Positions 48,857-62,727 of a stretch of 64,000 bases of DNA are shown here, piece after piece. The translations under genes were made by a program, and so were the position numbers. A model generated the notes under the pieces. It saw nothing but the letters and a program-made list of their open reading frames with translations. It searched no databases and was not told where the DNA came from. Origin of the DNA: an uncultured Verrucomicrobiae bacterium (GTDB lineage Bacteria; Verrucomicrobiota; Verrucomicrobiia; JADLBR01; CALLMV01). The stretch spans positions 3,025 through 67,024 of the forward strand of contig CALLMV010000011.1 of the NCBI GenBank assembly GCA_938005615.1. The letters are read 5' to 3'. Positions within the stretch are counted from its first letter, which is position 1. Every line of letters begins with the position of its first letter.

Positions 48857-48925
48857 GGCAGGATTATGCTAAATTTTGGCAGTATATTCAAGGCAGCTCA
48901 ACCCAGATGTGCTTGGCTAAAATTC

Positions 48926-51232
48926 ATGAACACCTCAACCGCTGATGCTTCTATCTTTAGAGATGTCCGATGGATCGCCTCACCCGTTGTGGGTGGCCCC
49001 CGCACCAGCGCCCCGGCTCCTTATCTCCGGAAATCCTTCCGCCTGACCTCCGCTCCGTTACGGGCCTGCCTACATGTCACCGCACTGGGCTGCTACCAGG
49101 CTGAGATCAACGGCCAAAGCGTTCATGACACCGTCTTTGTCCCAGGCTGGACGGATTACCGCGTCCGCATTCCCTATCAATCTTACGACGTCACCAATCT
49201 CCTGCGCGGCGGGGATAACGCCCTCGGAGCGATTCTGGGCGATGGCTGGTATTGCGGCCACATTGCCGAAAAAGACCGCCAGTTTTATGGCGACCGCCCT
49301 CGCTTCCTCGCCCGTCTGGAAGCCACTTTGCCCGATGGCCAGACGTTCTCACTGGCCACCGATGGCTCTTGGAAAACCACTACCGGCCCCATCCTCCAAA
49401 GCGACCTGATCATGGGCGAAAGCTACGACGCCCGCTTGGAGTTAGGGCCCTGGTCGTCTCCCGCATTTGACGACTCCGCCTGGCTCCCCGTCCGTGTCGA
49501 AGCGGATCCCGGCGTCAGCCTGGTCGCGCAAACCTGGCCCCCGGTGCGTCGCCAGGAAATCCTCCCCGGCCGACCCTGTGGTCAGCAAAATCTGCCCTGG
49601 GCTCCCAAGTTCCATCGCTTTGACCTGGGCCAGAACATCACCGGCCGCCTCCGCATCAGCGTGCGCGGCAAACGCGGCACCACCCTCAGCCTCGTCCACG
49701 CCGAAGTCCTTAACCCGGATGGCTCGCTCTACACCGAAAACCTCCGCTCCGCCCGCGCCACCGATCATTACACGCTGCGCGGGGGAGACGCTGAAACTTG
49801 GGAACCTCGCTTCACCTTCCATGGCTTCCGCTACGCCGAAATCCGCTGGCAGGGCCAGAGCGATGATCTGGAGATCCTGTCCGTGGAAGGCATCGTGCTC
49901 CACTCCGACACTCCGCGCACCGGTCATTTTTCCTGTTCCCATCCCTTGCTCAACCAACTCACTCACAACATCCTCTGGGGTCAAAAGGGCAATTTCCTGG
50001 AAGTGCCCACCGATTGCCCCCAACGCGATGAGCGCCTCGGCTGGACCGGAGACGCCCAGGTCTTCATCCGCACCGCCACCTTCTTTATGGATGTCCATGG
50101 TTTCTTTCGCAAATGGCTCCAGGACATGCGCGATGCCCAAGGCACCGCGGGGGATATTCCCCCGGTCATCCCCCACACCGGTTCCTTCGGCCTGCCCGGC
50201 GATGGCGGCCCCGCCTGGGCCGATGCCGCTTTCATCTGCCCCTGGACCATCTACCAACGTTACGGCGATCTCGACATCCTGCGCGATCATTACGACTGCA
50301 TGGCCCGCTACATGGCCTACCTGGAAAAAGAAAAAGTGCTCGGCTTTATCCGCTGTCACCCGGAAAAAGATGGCTGGGGCGGCTTTGGCGACTGGCTGGC
50401 CCTCGACGGCAGCGGTCGGATCGATGGCGGCACACCCAAGGACCTCATCGGTACCGCCTTCTATGCCCACAACGCCGACATCCTCGCCCAAACCGCTAAG
50501 TTGTTAGACCACTCCGATGATGCCTCCCGTTGGCGTGCCCTGCACCAAAACATTGTTCAGGCGTTCCGGAACCGCTTTGTCACTCCAGACGGACTGATCG
50601 CCGCCGGCACCCAAACTGCCTACGTTCTGGCCCTGCACTTTCATCTGGTGCCCGAGGTGGTGCGCTCGGTAACCGCACGGCAGTTGGTTCGTCTGATCGA
50701 ACTCAACGGCTGGAAACTGGGCACGGGATTTGTCGGCACGCCTTACCTCCTGCACGTGCTCGAAGCCACCGGCCATTTGGACGTGGCCTACCGCCTGCTC
50801 GAACAGGAGGCGTTTCCTTCCTGGCTCTTCCCGGTAAAAAATGGGGCCACCACGATTTGGGAACGCTGGGATGGCTGGACCCCGGAAAAAGGCTTCCAGG
50901 ATAAGGGCATGAATTCCTTCAACCACTATGCCTACGGCGCGGTGGGTGATTGGATGGTCAGCACCGTGGCCGGCTTGGAAGCCGCTGCCCCCGGATACAA
51001 GGAAATCCTCTTCAAGCCCCGCCCCGGCGGCAGCCTCACCCACGCCGAAGCCCGCCTGCACACTCCGCATGGCGAAACCGCCATCCGCTGGGAACTCAAA
51101 GACCAAACCCTTCAGCTCCAGCTCACCGTCCCCCAGGGAACCATGGCCACCCTTTCCCTTCCGCCTGGCTGGTCTGCTTCAAAAACCTCGTTAGAGCCCG
51201 GCACGCATGCCCTGCAGGCGGTCAAGGGCTGA
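48926..51232 (+). CDS. Alpha-L-rhamnosidase (GH78)
   Basis: PGWTDY, DLGQN, PRFTFHGFRY, PTDCPQRDERLGWTGD, GATTIWERWD, MNSFNHYAYG. No signal peptide. Confidence 0.95.
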   Translation: MNTSTADASIFRDVRWIASPVVGGPRTSAPAPYLRKSFRLTSAPLRACLHVTALGCYQAEINGQSVHDTVFVPGWTDYRVRIPYQSYDVTNLLRGGDNALGAILGDGWYCGHIAEKDRQFYGDRPRFLARLEATLPDGQTFSLATDGSWKTTTGPILQSDLIMGESYDARLELGPWSSPAFDDSAWLPVRVEADPGVSLVAQTWPPVRRQEILPGRPCGQQNLPWAPKFHRFDLGQNITGRLRISVRGKRGTTLSLVHAEVLNPDGSLYTENLRSARATDHYTLRGGDAETWEPRFTFHGFRYAEIRWQGQSDDLEILSVEGIVLHSDTPRTGHFSCSHPLLNQLTHNILWGQKGNFLEVPTDCPQRDERLGWTGDAQVFIRTATFFMDVHGFFRKWLQDMRDAQGTAGDIPPVIPHTGSFGLPGDGGPAWADAAFICPWTIYQRYGDLDILRDHYDCMARYMAYLEKEKVLGFIRCHPEKDGWGGFGDWLALDGSGRIDGGTPKDLIGTAFYAHNADILAQTAKLLDHSDDASRWRALHQNIVQAFRNRFVTPDGLIAAGTQTAYVLALHFHLVPEVVRSVTARQLVRLIELNGWKLGTGFVGTPYLLHVLEATGHLDVAYRLLEQEAFPSWLFPVKNGATTIWERWDGWTPEKGFQDKGMNSFNHYAYGAVGDWMVSTVAGLEAAAPGYKEILFKPRPGGSLTHAEARLHTPHGETAIRWELKDQTLQLQLTVPQGTMATLSLPPGWSASKTSLEPGTHALQAVKG

Positions 51233-51258
51233 TTTGCCCCGGCACCGTTTCCCAACGC

Positions 51259-51582
51259 CTAAATTTGAAATAGTTCCGGCGGCATGTTCCAGCGGACCAG
51301 CGCATCCCCTTGGCGGTCCGCCGTCAGCAAAAATTCCGCCCAGCCGGTGTTTTCCAAAGAGACCACCGGACAAAGGATGTCATCGCGCAGCTTCTGTTCG
51401 CCGCGCCGCACCACATCATTCAGCATGCCACCCGCAGTCCCCCCGTGGCAGATCGCCAAATAGCAACCCGTGGGCAAACCCGCCGCCTCGGCCATAAACT
51501 CCCGCACCCGCCGACCAAATGGCACCTCCCACGCCTGATGGCGGTCCGGCTCACCAAAACCACAGTCCTGCCCGTAAGGCAA
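51259..51582 (-). pseudogene. Histidine phosphatase family C-terminal fragment
   Basis: LAICHGG...SLENTGWAEF...LVRWN resembles the C-half of phosphoglycerate-mutase-like enzymes. The RHG N-terminus is missing and an in-frame stop lies just upstream. Confidence 0.55.
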
Positions 51583-52001
51583 ACAATGCCGGTCTCAAAG
51601 GCTAAAAATTATCCTGTAAATAGAACGATCAGAGATGAATACCAGTAGTAGGCCCAAGCAACCGACTGTGTGTTTCAGGCTGAGCTTATTGCAAACCAAA
51701 TGATCACGTAAAATTGCCACGTGTGAGGCGAGACTCCACGGAATAAAATGACCACTGCAAGCTGACTTCCGCGTTGTTAAAAAGTACTAAACAAAGCAGT
51801 TGTCGAGCAAGATGAAGAGACCTACGCACTGCCAACCACAACTTCGCCGGACAACAGAATTACTACGGAACATAGCCTCTGTAGTTCGTTAAATATTTTT
51901 TTACTCACGATCAACATACATCCCCGCTTTGTAACTCATTCTCGCAAAACACCAACAATTTACTTCCCAACTTAAAGACTAATTTACTAGCCTCCCCCAC
52001 C

Positions 52002-53249
52002 ATGAAAATCGTACTAGCATATTCGGGCGGTCTCGATACCTCGGTCATCCTTAAATGGCTCAAAGAGACCTATAACGCTGACATAATTGCATTCTGTGCA
52101 GACATTGGGCAAGAGGAGGAACTCCATGGCCTTGAAGAAAAAGCTCTCGCCACGGGAGCTTCCCGCTGCATCATTTCCGATCTGCGCGAAGAATTTGCCG
52201 CCGACTTTATTTACCCGCTGATGCAGGCTGGTGCACTTTACGAAAATCAATACTACTTAGGTACCTCTATAGCTCGGCCTCTGATTGCCAAACGCATGAT
52301 TGAAATCGCGCGCGAAACCGGCGCAGCAGCAATAGCCCATGGGGCCACAGGCAAAGGCAACGACCAAGTACGATTTGAACTAACCGCAGCAGCACTTGCG
52401 CCCGAGATCCAAGTGATCGCGCCCTGGCGTATTCCTCAATTCCGCCAACAATTTCCTGGTCGCCAAGAAATGATAGCGTATGCCACCAAAAACCAGATTA
52501 ACGTCGAAGCCAGTGCCAGAAAACCTTATTCAATGGATAGGAATCTCCTCCACATCTCATACGAAGCCGGCCTACTTGAAGACATCTGGCTCGACGCCTC
52601 TGCTCCTGAACACCGCGAAATGTTCAAACTTTCCACAGACCCTGTTCTCGCACCAGACACCCCCGAATACGTCGAATTAGACTTTGTCAAGGGCTGCTGC
52701 ACTACACTGCGTGCAGCTAAAATCCCGGATTCTGGGCATCCCATGACACCACTTCAAGTTATGCAACACCTCAACCGACTAGGTGGTACCCACGGCATCG
52801 GCCGTGTTGACTTAGTTGAAAACCGCTTCGTCGGCATGAAATCCCGAGGCGTTTATGAAACCCCCGGCGGAGCCATTCTTCACCACGCACATATGCAGCT
52901 TGAATCTATTACACTTGATCGCGAAGTCATGCGTCTTAAGCACTCCATTTTGCCCAAGTATGCAGAGCTTGTTTATTACGGCTTCTGGTTTGCACCAGAA
53001 CGCCACTTCCTTCAGGCTGCTATCACAGAATCACAAAAATACGTCAATGGCACCGTCCGACTGAAACTTTACAAAGGAAACATTATCACTGCTGGTCGCA
53101 AATCCCCTGATTCCCTCTACAACGAAACCATCGCCACAATGGAAGCAGACGGCCAGCAACTCTACAACCAGGACGATGCCACCGGATTTATCCGCCTAAA
53201 CGCTTTGCGACTAAAAGTCGCAGCACACGCAGGCCGTATACTAACATAA
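52002..53249 (+). CDS. argG: Argininosuccinate synthase
   Basis: [41 protein letters not shown]. Confidence 0.98.
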   Translation: MKIVLAYSGGLDTSVILKWLKETYNADIIAFCADIGQEEELHGLEEKALATGASRCIISDLREEFAADFIYPLMQAGALYENQYYLGTSIARPLIAKRMIEIARETGAAAIAHGATGKGNDQVRFELTAAALAPEIQVIAPWRIPQFRQQFPGRQEMIAYATKNQINVEASARKPYSMDRNLLHISYEAGLLEDIWLDASAPEHREMFKLSTDPVLAPDTPEYVELDFVKGCCTTLRAAKIPDSGHPMTPLQVMQHLNRLGGTHGIGRVDLVENRFVGMKSRGVYETPGGAILHHAHMQLESITLDREVMRLKHSILPKYAELVYYGFWFAPERHFLQAAITESQKYVNGTVRLKLYKGNIITAGRKSPDSLYNETIATMEADGQQLYNQDDATGFIRLNALRLKVAAHAGRILT

Positions 53250-53332
53250 TAAAGTAATAGCTTAGCCCAGGCTACAATCCGTGTTAAAAGCTACAATTTG
53301 TATCTAACCGTATGATCGAAAAGAACTGAAAC

Positions 53333-53962
53333 TCACTTGCTTTTCACCACCTCACCACATAGTTCGAGAAAATTCTGCAACAACTTTAATCCCACCTCCT
53401 GGCTTTTTTCCGGATGGAACTGCACTCCATAGAGATTTCTGCGCCACAGTACAGAAGGGAATTTAGCCCCGTGTTCAGTCACACCGTACTCAACTTCAGC
53501 CTTCAAAGGTTGCCCATAAAAAGAGTGATCGAAATAAAAATACTCTCCATCAGCAATTCCCTTAAACAGTGAACACCTGCTAGACGCCTCACACACAGAG
53601 TTCCATCCCATGTGAGGAACCATGGGTGCCACAGCACCAAATTTCACCACACGCCCCCGAACGATTCCAAGTCCCGTAATATTCAACGCCTCCTCGCTCG
53701 TCTCAAACAAAGCTTGCAAGCCTAAACAGATCCCAAGGTAGTACCCACCAGAAAGGATCCATTCCCTAAGCGCGCTTCCAAGCTCACTTTCCTGAAGACG
53801 CAACATGCAATCGCCAAAAGCACCTTGACCCGGAAATACCACACCTTTTACGTCAGAAAGTCCTTGCGGCTCACTCACTACGCGTACGCTCGCACCACAC
53901 TTTTGCAACGCTCGCTCTACGCTCCGCAAATTTCCCATTCCATAATCTATCAGCGCGACCAT
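53333..53962 (-). CDS. hisH: Imidazole glycerol phosphate synthase subunit HisH
   Basis: IDYGMGNLRSV, PGQGAF, GICLGLQ, VPHMGWN, QFHPEKS. Confidence 0.96.
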   Translation of the reverse strand: MVALIDYGMGNLRSVERALQKCGASVRVVSEPQGLSDVKGVVFPGQGAFGDCMLRLQESELGSALREWILSGGYYLGICLGLQALFETSEEALNITGLGIVRGRVVKFGAVAPMVPHMGWNSVCEASSRCSLFKGIADGEYFYFDHSFYGQPLKAEVEYGVTEHGAKFPSVLWRRNLYGVQFHPEKSQEVGLKLLQNFLELCGEVVKSK

Positions 53963-54139
53963 CGTTTGAAGGTGCTCTCTTTCCCTTCTTCCCGTCAAGC
54001 ATTCCCAAATTACACTGATTATGCGGCTATTATGCCAGCTTTAGTCTCATTATTACGGTACATAAATATGCTCTCTTTTGGAGCATACGCCCCTCTAAAG
54101 AGCTTAATTCTAAATTCGTGCAATGAGAATAACTCAATT

Positions 54140-54427
54140 ATGATCAGTTCAAGTATTTTATCTATTCCGAAAGACCCCTCCAACTCTCTACTTGGTGAAT
54201 ATATCTCACTATCCGAATTCATGCCCTCCGAACTTATTCTCCAGATTAAGCCGAATAACCAAGCTGTTTTCAGCATGAACTCTTACCCAATCACAGGCAC
54301 ATACACCATAGAGGACAAGGTGATCACCATTCATTTGACTGATGGCAGTAGGCAGGTTTTTATTATTGATACCGAAAACGAAGGATCACTCATTCACGAC
54401 TTCACGAAAGCTGTTTTTGTCAAGTAA
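54140..54427 (+). CDS. Small hypothetical beta-rich protein (start uncertain)
   Basis: The C-terminal part (GTYTIEDKVITIHL...) looks protein-like. The longer ORF overlaps hisH. Confidence 0.45.
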   Translation: MISSSILSIPKDPSNSLLGEYISLSEFMPSELILQIKPNNQAVFSMNSYPITGTYTIEDKVITIHLTDGSRQVFIIDTENEGSLIHDFTKAVFVK

Positions 54428-54631
54428 AAGTAACAATCCAAATATCCATGAACATTTAAAGCGCACTTCACGCAGAATCATACAACACAAATCTTGCGTT
54501 TTTGTGCAAATTCTCTGAGGGCACCCGTAAATGCTACTAATTGTACACCCTTCCCAAACAAATGCTATTACACCACATCTAATTGTGCTCAATAACACGC
54601 TTTTGCTGGACAAATTGTGCAAAACCTGTGA

Positions 54632-57391
<2,760 letters not shown>

Positions 57392-57395
<4 letters not shown>

Positions 57396-57607
57396 AAATC
57401 CAATACTTCCCAGCAACTGACACCCTCTCCATAGAACTCTCAGATTCCCCTGCTGCAGACACCCGCCTCATCACAGACAACATCACCCTCGATCTCGACG
57501 CCCAAGGACAGCCCGTCGCCCTCGACATCGATCAAGCCTCAAAATACATCAACCTCACAACCCTAGATCTCTCCAAAATACCATTCCCCGTCCATCAAAC
57601 AATCTGA
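57392..57607 (+). CDS. DUF2283-family putative antitoxin
   Basis: MKIQYFPATDTLSIEL...ITLDLDAQGQPVALDI pattern. Confidence 0.85.
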
Positions 57608-57624
57608 ACCAAACAGCAACCGCC

Positions 57625-60225
57625 ATGTCCCTCTTTGCCCAAAACGAACGCCCCGACAAAATCAACGTCGCCGAAGAAATCAAAAACTCCTTCCTCGACT
57701 ACTCCATGTCCGTCATCATTTCCCGCGCCCTCCCCGACGTGCGCGACGGACTCAAACCCTCCCAACGCCGCATCCTCTACGCCATGCGCGAACTCGGCGT
57801 CCTCCCGGGCCGCAAAACTCTCAAATGCGCACGTATCGTCGGCGAAACCATTGGTAAATACCACCCCCACGGCGACCAAGCCGTTTACCCCACCCTCGTC
57901 AACATGGCCCAAACCTGGTCCATGCGCGACACCCTCGTGGACGGCCAAGGCAACTTCGGCTCCATCGAAGGCGACCCCCCCGCCGCCATGCGCTACACCG
58001 AAGCGCGCCTCACCCATCTCGGCGCTGCCCTCATGGAAGACATGGACAAAAACACCGTGGACTTCCAACCCAACTACGACGAAAACGAAACCGAGCCCAC
58101 CGTCCTCCCCGCCGCCTTCCCCAACCTCCTCGTCAACGGCGGCACTGGCATCGCCGTCGGCATGGCTACCAACATCCCCCCGCACAACCTTGGCGAAGTT
58201 GTGGACGCTATCTGCGCGCAAATCGACAACCCCGCCATCACCATCGCGGGACTCATGAAACACATCAAAGGCCCTGACTTTCCCACGGGCGGCATCCTCG
58301 TCGGCATCGAAGGCATTAAAAACTACTTCGCCACCGGACGCGGCGGCCTCAAGCTCCGCGCCAAACTCCACACCGAAGAGCTCAAAGGCGGCAAAGAAAT
58401 CATCGTCGTGGACGAAGTCCCCTACAACGTCAACCCCGCCGCTGTCGAAACCCGCATCGCCGAACTCGTCAACGAAAAACAACTCCCCGAAATCACCAAC
58501 GTTCGTAACGAATCCGACGAAAACATCCGCCTTGTCATCGAACTCAAACGCGATGCCAACACCAAAGTTGTCATCAACAAACTTTACAACCTTACCGCAC
58601 TCCAAAGTTCCTTTAGCGCCAACATCCTCGCTATCGATCAGCGGCGCCCCAAAACCCTTAACCTCAAAGAACTCATCTCCTGCTACATCGAACACCGCCG
58701 CGAAGTTATCCTCCGGCGCACCCGATTCGAACTGGCCGCTGCGGAAAAACGTGCCGACACCCTCGAAGCCTACCTCATCGCCATCGCCAACCTCGACGAA
58801 TTCATCCGCATCATCCGTGAATCCCGCAACCGCGACGAAGCTAAAATAAAACTCCTCGGCTACGAATTCCCCCGCAAAGCCGCAGAAAAATTCGGCATCC
58901 TCATCCGCTCCGAAGCCCGCCTCAATAACGGCCTCTACACCTTCACCGACCAACAAGTCGATGCCATCCTCGAACTCCGCCTCTACCAACTCACCGGCCT
59001 GGAAATCGACAAAGTCAAAAAAGAATACGCCGACATCCTCGCCACCATCACCGACCTCCAAGACATCCTCGCCCGTGAAGAACGCGTCCTCGGCATCATC
59101 AAAACCGACCTACGCACCATCAAAGAAAAATACGCCACCCCCCGCCGCACCCAGATCGTCCCCGACGAAGGCGAAATGCAGATCGAAGACCTCATCGCCA
59201 ACGAAGGCATGATCATCACCCTCACCCACAACGGCCTCATCAAACGCACCCCCACCTCCTCCTACCGCACCCAGCGTCGCGGCGGCGGCGGCGTCCTCGG
59301 CGTGAAATCCCCCGGCGATACCCCCGACACCCCCGACGCCACCGACTTCGTCGAACGTCTCTTCACCGCCTCCACACACGACTACCTGATGTTCTTTACC
59401 AACACCGGCCGCGTCTACGTGGAACGCGTCCACGAAATCCCCGAAGGCACCCGCACCTCCCGCGGCCGTAACATCGCCAACGTCCTCGAACTCCAATCCT
59501 CAGAAAAAATTGTCGCCCTCCTCCGCGTCGAATCCCGCCGCGATTCCCAAGGCAACGACATCACCTGGAACGCCCCCGACAAATTCGTCTTCTTCTCCAC
59601 GCGCCAAGGCACCGTCAAAAAGACCCCGCTCGACGCCTTCGCCAACGTCCGCAAAGGCGGCATTATCGCCATCGGTATCGAACACGGCGACACCCTCATC
59701 CAGGTCCAACTCACCTCTGGCCACGACGACATCGTCCTCATCACTCGCCACGGCATGAGCATCCGCTTCAGCGAGGAAGACGTCCGCTCCATGGGCCGCC
59801 CCGCCGCCGGCGTCAAAGGCATCTCACTCGAAAAGGATGACCACGTCGTCGCCTCGGTGATCGTCGAAAACGACGCCCAGCTCCTCGTCGCCGGCGAAAA
59901 CGGCGTCGGCAAACGCACCGGCTTCGAAGAATACCGCAAACAATCCCGCGGCGGTAAAGGCATCATCACAATGAAAACCGGCGAAAAAACCGGCCTCGTG
60001 GCCGGCGCCCTCACCGTGCGCGACGACACCGAAATCATGTGCATTTCCTCCAACGGCAAAATGGTCCGCATCCGTGCCGCCGAAATCCGCGAAGCCGGCC
60101 GCAACACCATGGGTGTGCGCCTCGTCAATCTCGCCGAAGGCCACAAACTCATTGCCATGGCCCCTGTCGTCGATACCGAGCAGGATGATTCCGAACCTAA
60201 AGACTCCAACGCAACGACGGCCTAA
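57625..60225 (+). CDS. gyrA: DNA gyrase subunit A
   Basis: [34 protein letters not shown], GyrA-box-like QRRGGGG, beta-pinwheel repeats. Confidence 0.97.
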   Translation: MSLFAQNERPDKINVAEEIKNSFLDYSMSVIISRALPDVRDGLKPSQRRILYAMRELGVLPGRKTLKCARIVGETIGKYHPHGDQAVYPTLVNMAQTWSMRDTLVDGQGNFGSIEGDPPAAMRYTEARLTHLGAALMEDMDKNTVDFQPNYDENETEPTVLPAAFPNLLVNGGTGIAVGMATNIPPHNLGEVVDAICAQIDNPAITIAGLMKHIKGPDFPTGGILVGIEGIKNYFATGRGGLKLRAKLHTEELKGGKEIIVVDEVPYNVNPAAVETRIAELVNEKQLPEITNVRNESDENIRLVIELKRDANTKVVINKLYNLTALQSSFSANILAIDQRRPKTLNLKELISCYIEHRREVILRRTRFELAAAEKRADTLEAYLIAIANLDEFIRIIRESRNRDEAKIKLLGYEFPRKAAEKFGILIRSEARLNNGLYTFTDQQVDAILELRLYQLTGLEIDKVKKEYADILATITDLQDILAREERVLGIIKTDLRTIKEKYATPRRTQIVPDEGEMQIEDLIANEGMIITLTHNGLIKRTPTSSYRTQRRGGGGVLGVKSPGDTPDTPDATDFVERLFTASTHDYLMFFTNTGRVYVERVHEIPEGTRTSRGRNIANVLELQSSEKIVALLRVESRRDSQGNDITWNAPDKFVFFSTRQGTVKKTPLDAFANVRKGGIIAIGIEHGDTLIQVQLTSGHDDIVLITRHGMSIRFSEEDVRSMGRPAAGVKGISLEKDDHVVASVIVENDAQLLVAGENGVGKRTGFEEYRKQSRGGKGIITMKTGEKTGLVAGALTVRDDTEIMCISSNGKMVRIRAAEIREAGRNTMGVRLVNLAEGHKLIAMAPVVDTEQDDSEPKDSNATTA

Positions 60226-60240
60226 GTCAACCGCTCTTCC

Positions 60241-60570
60241 GTGAACGCCTCAAACCCCTGGCTCTGGCTTCTCATCGCCGGCACATGCGAAGTTATCTAT
60301 GCCCTCATCATGCCGCACAGCAAATCCTTCACCCGCATTGTACCCTCCGCCTTCACCATCCTCTTCATCGCCCTAAGCATGTATTGCCTCTCCTTGGCCA
60401 TGCGTAGCCTACCGGTAGGCACCGCTTATGCCGTGTGGGTGGGCATTGGCGCATGCGGCACCGCAATCGCAGGCATCTTCTTTCTTCAGGAATCCCGAGA
60501 TCCAATGCGCCTTATCGGGCTAGGGCTTATCGTTTGCGGGATTGTGCTGCTTAAAATCACGCACAAATAG
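60241..60570 (+). CDS. sugE: SMR-family efflux protein (SugE/Gdx-like)
   Basis: W..LLIAG..EV, LPVGTAYAVWVGIGA, 4 TM helices. Confidence 0.85.
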   Translation: MNASNPWLWLLIAGTCEVIYALIMPHSKSFTRIVPSAFTILFIALSMYCLSLAMRSLPVGTAYAVWVGIGACGTAIAGIFFLQESRDPMRLIGLGLIVCGIVLLKITHK

Positions 60571-60736
60571 CTTGCGCCTACTGCCAGCGATTAAAATGAC
60601 AATTTCATTTTTTATATATCAAAACTTTTTAACATAGTATTTTTATAACACTTAAACTTTTTGATATTTATGTTATTTGAGCTCAGTTGACTCAGTCTGA
60701 CTAAGCGTTCACGGGTCTCATCTCTGCCGAGACGTC

Positions 60737-61516
60737 TCAGGTAGATACTCGGAGACCATCATAAGCGGGGCGAATGTGAGCGGGCAACCGTTTGCAAAGT
60801 ACATCGTAATCCATGTGATGCGTCATGTGTGTCAGAAACGTACGCTGGGCACCACACTCAGCACTGACAGCCAGCGCCTCATTTAGCGTCAGATGCGTCG
60901 GATGCTCTTCATAACGCAAAGCATCCAGCACCATCACTTCACAGCCATGCGCTAATTTTCTGGCTCGCGAAGGGACGTCTTTGCAATCAGTATAATACGC
61001 TAAGCGATGGCCAGTGCCATGTTCATGAAACAGTAATCCCAGGACTTGCAGACTTCCATGAGGCATCAGCGTGGTGTGGATCGTCACCCCCGGCAGTTCT
61101 AATGTATCTCCGATGAGATTGAGCCGGAACGCTGGGTAACCCTTGTAGCGGGGCTTATCCATAATCGCATACGGGTAAATTTCCGCAACTCGATTGAGTC
61201 CCTCGTCGGTTGAGTAAACATCAATTGCACTAGAATCGCGTTGGTCACAAAATCTTCGTAAATCATCCATGCCCATAACGTGGTCTGAATGGCCGTGAGT
61301 CAGGATAAAGTAATCGATCTTCTCTATTTTGTTGGAAATACACTGAAGGCGAAACTCTGGAGCGGCATCAATTTGGATGTGCAATCCGGCGGCAATCACA
61401 TGTGCACTTGTGCGCGTGCGCCAATTCTTGGGGTTGTTCAGATCGCACTTGTGTTCATGAAACGCGATCATCGGCACGCCCTGGGATGTGCCCGTGCCAA
61501 GAAAAATCAGTTCCAT
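60737..61516 (-). CDS. MBL-fold metallohydrolase (PhnP-like)
   Basis: FLGTGTSQGVP, THGHSDHVMGMDDLR, YYTDC, HPTH, THMTH, AYDG. Confidence 0.92.
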   Translation of the reverse strand: MELIFLGTGTSQGVPMIAFHEHKCDLNNPKNWRTRTSAHVIAAGLHIQIDAAPEFRLQCISNKIEKIDYFILTHGHSDHVMGMDDLRRFCDQRDSSAIDVYSTDEGLNRVAEIYPYAIMDKPRYKGYPAFRLNLIGDTLELPGVTIHTTLMPHGSLQVLGLLFHEHGTGHRLAYYTDCKDVPSRARKLAHGCEVMVLDALRYEEHPTHLTLNEALAVSAECGAQRTFLTHMTHHMDYDVLCKRLPAHIRPAYDGLRVST

Positions 61517-62058
61517 TTTGCGGGAAGTTGAGCTTGGTCGGACACTTCTGCAAGCTCACGTTTGCACTGGAAAAAAGCGCGGAGAATCTCGAGGCATTCC
61601 TGGTTCATCAAACCCGTTGTGACAATTGGATGGCTCTGAAACGTGCTCACCTCATGCAAGGCTAAGGCACCGCCCAGGCAGCCAAGCTTATCGTCGCTCA
61701 CAGCGTATACAACGCGTGAAATGCGCGACATGATAATTGCCCCTGCGCACATCGGGCAAGGCTCCTTGGTAACATAAAGCGTACAACCATTAAGTCGCCA
61801 GTCACCCAACGTACTAGCTGCCTGAGTGATCGCGAGTAATTCGGCGTGGGCGGTGGGATCTTTGAGGGTTTCAACCTGGTTATGGGCACAGGCGACGATT
61901 TGCCCCTCACTCTCGATCACAGCACCTACAGGCACTTCACCCGCACGCCAAGCATCTATCGCGAGATTGTAAGCATGGCTCAGAAAAAAAGTATCATCAC
62001 GCATCAGAGATGAAGGAAATTTCTTAGGAAAAGGACATGGCGGTAAGGTCAGAGACAC
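61507..62058 (-). CDS. tadA: tRNA-specific adenosine deaminase
   Basis: GEVPVGAV, DPTAHAE, LYVTKEPCPMCAGA. Confidence 0.93.
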   Translation of the reverse strand: MSLTLPPCPFPKKFPSSLMRDDTFFLSHAYNLAIDAWRAGEVPVGAVIESEGQIVACAHNQVETLKDPTAHAELLAITQAASTLGDWRLNGCTLYVTKEPCPMCAGAIIMSRISRVVYAVSDDKLGCLGGALALHEVSTFQSHPIVTTGLMNQECLEILRAFFQCKRELAEVSDQAQLPAKWN

Positions 62059-62209
62059 GGTTTAGGCTAACGCGAAAAATTCCGCGGGTAAAGTGAAGTT
62101 GTGTAGTTTGAGTGGACAAGATATCTGGTGTGAAAGATTGCTTGAGAAACCTGGAAAATATTTCTGAGAGATTTCTTGAAAATAATTTACCACGTGTTAA
62201 TGCGAGGCA

Positions 62210-62665
62210 ATGTCCAGAAATATCCCTTTTTTCTTACGGTTTGCAACCGTTACCCTTCCAGCATTGCTGATTGTAGCTTCGTGCGCCCCTAAGAGGGATA
62301 CTGTGCCCTTAGTTAAAGTCGATGAACCTGCGTCGATCAATACGAGGGACACGTTGCCCATCCCCGAGCCAACGCCACCTCCCTATGACCGCTTTCCTCA
62401 GCCAGGAGATGCCGGTCGTTACCCCGACGATCGTGGAGTCAATATACCCTCTGGCAGCAATCGGCTTCCTCCTCCGACTACTGCGACTAGCGCACCGCGC
62501 TATCCTTGGGGTCGTAAAATTGCCGGTCGCCCCGGTTTTGTACTGAGCCCCCACGCCCCTGACCAAGGCATAGTGGATGTAACGGATCCTACTACCGGTC
62601 AGCCCTACCCCAGGGGAACAGAGGTTCAGTGTCCATTCACCAACAGAATATTCCTTGTACCTTGA
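62210..62665 (+). CDS. Proline-rich lipoprotein with conserved C-terminal domain
   Basis: Lipobox IVAS|C, Pro-rich linker, C-terminal PGFVLSPHAP..G.VDV...G.EVQCPFTNRIFLVP. Confidence 0.8.
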   Translation: MSRNIPFFLRFATVTLPALLIVASCAPKRDTVPLVKVDEPASINTRDTLPIPEPTPPPYDRFPQPGDAGRYPDDRGVNIPSGSNRLPPPTTATSAPRYPWGRKIAGRPGFVLSPHAPDQGIVDVTDPTTGQPYPRGTEVQCPFTNRIFLVP

Positions 62666-62727
62666 GGTATTATAACCTCGCACTTGGCGGGATTGTGTTT
62701 GCTGTAATATAGTGGCAATAAAACTTA

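Noticed and set aside
48635-48925. 97-aa N-terminal extension of the GH78 ORF
   Set aside because: Overlaps the divergent araC gene and its promoter. ATG 48926 is more plausible.
60226-60240. Guanidine riboswitch before the sugE-like gene
   Set aside because: Only 15 nt of intergenic space and no recognisable motif.
60679-60706. Short CTCAGT/GACT repeats between sugE and the MBL gene
   Set aside because: Too short and irregular to call a repeat array or terminator.
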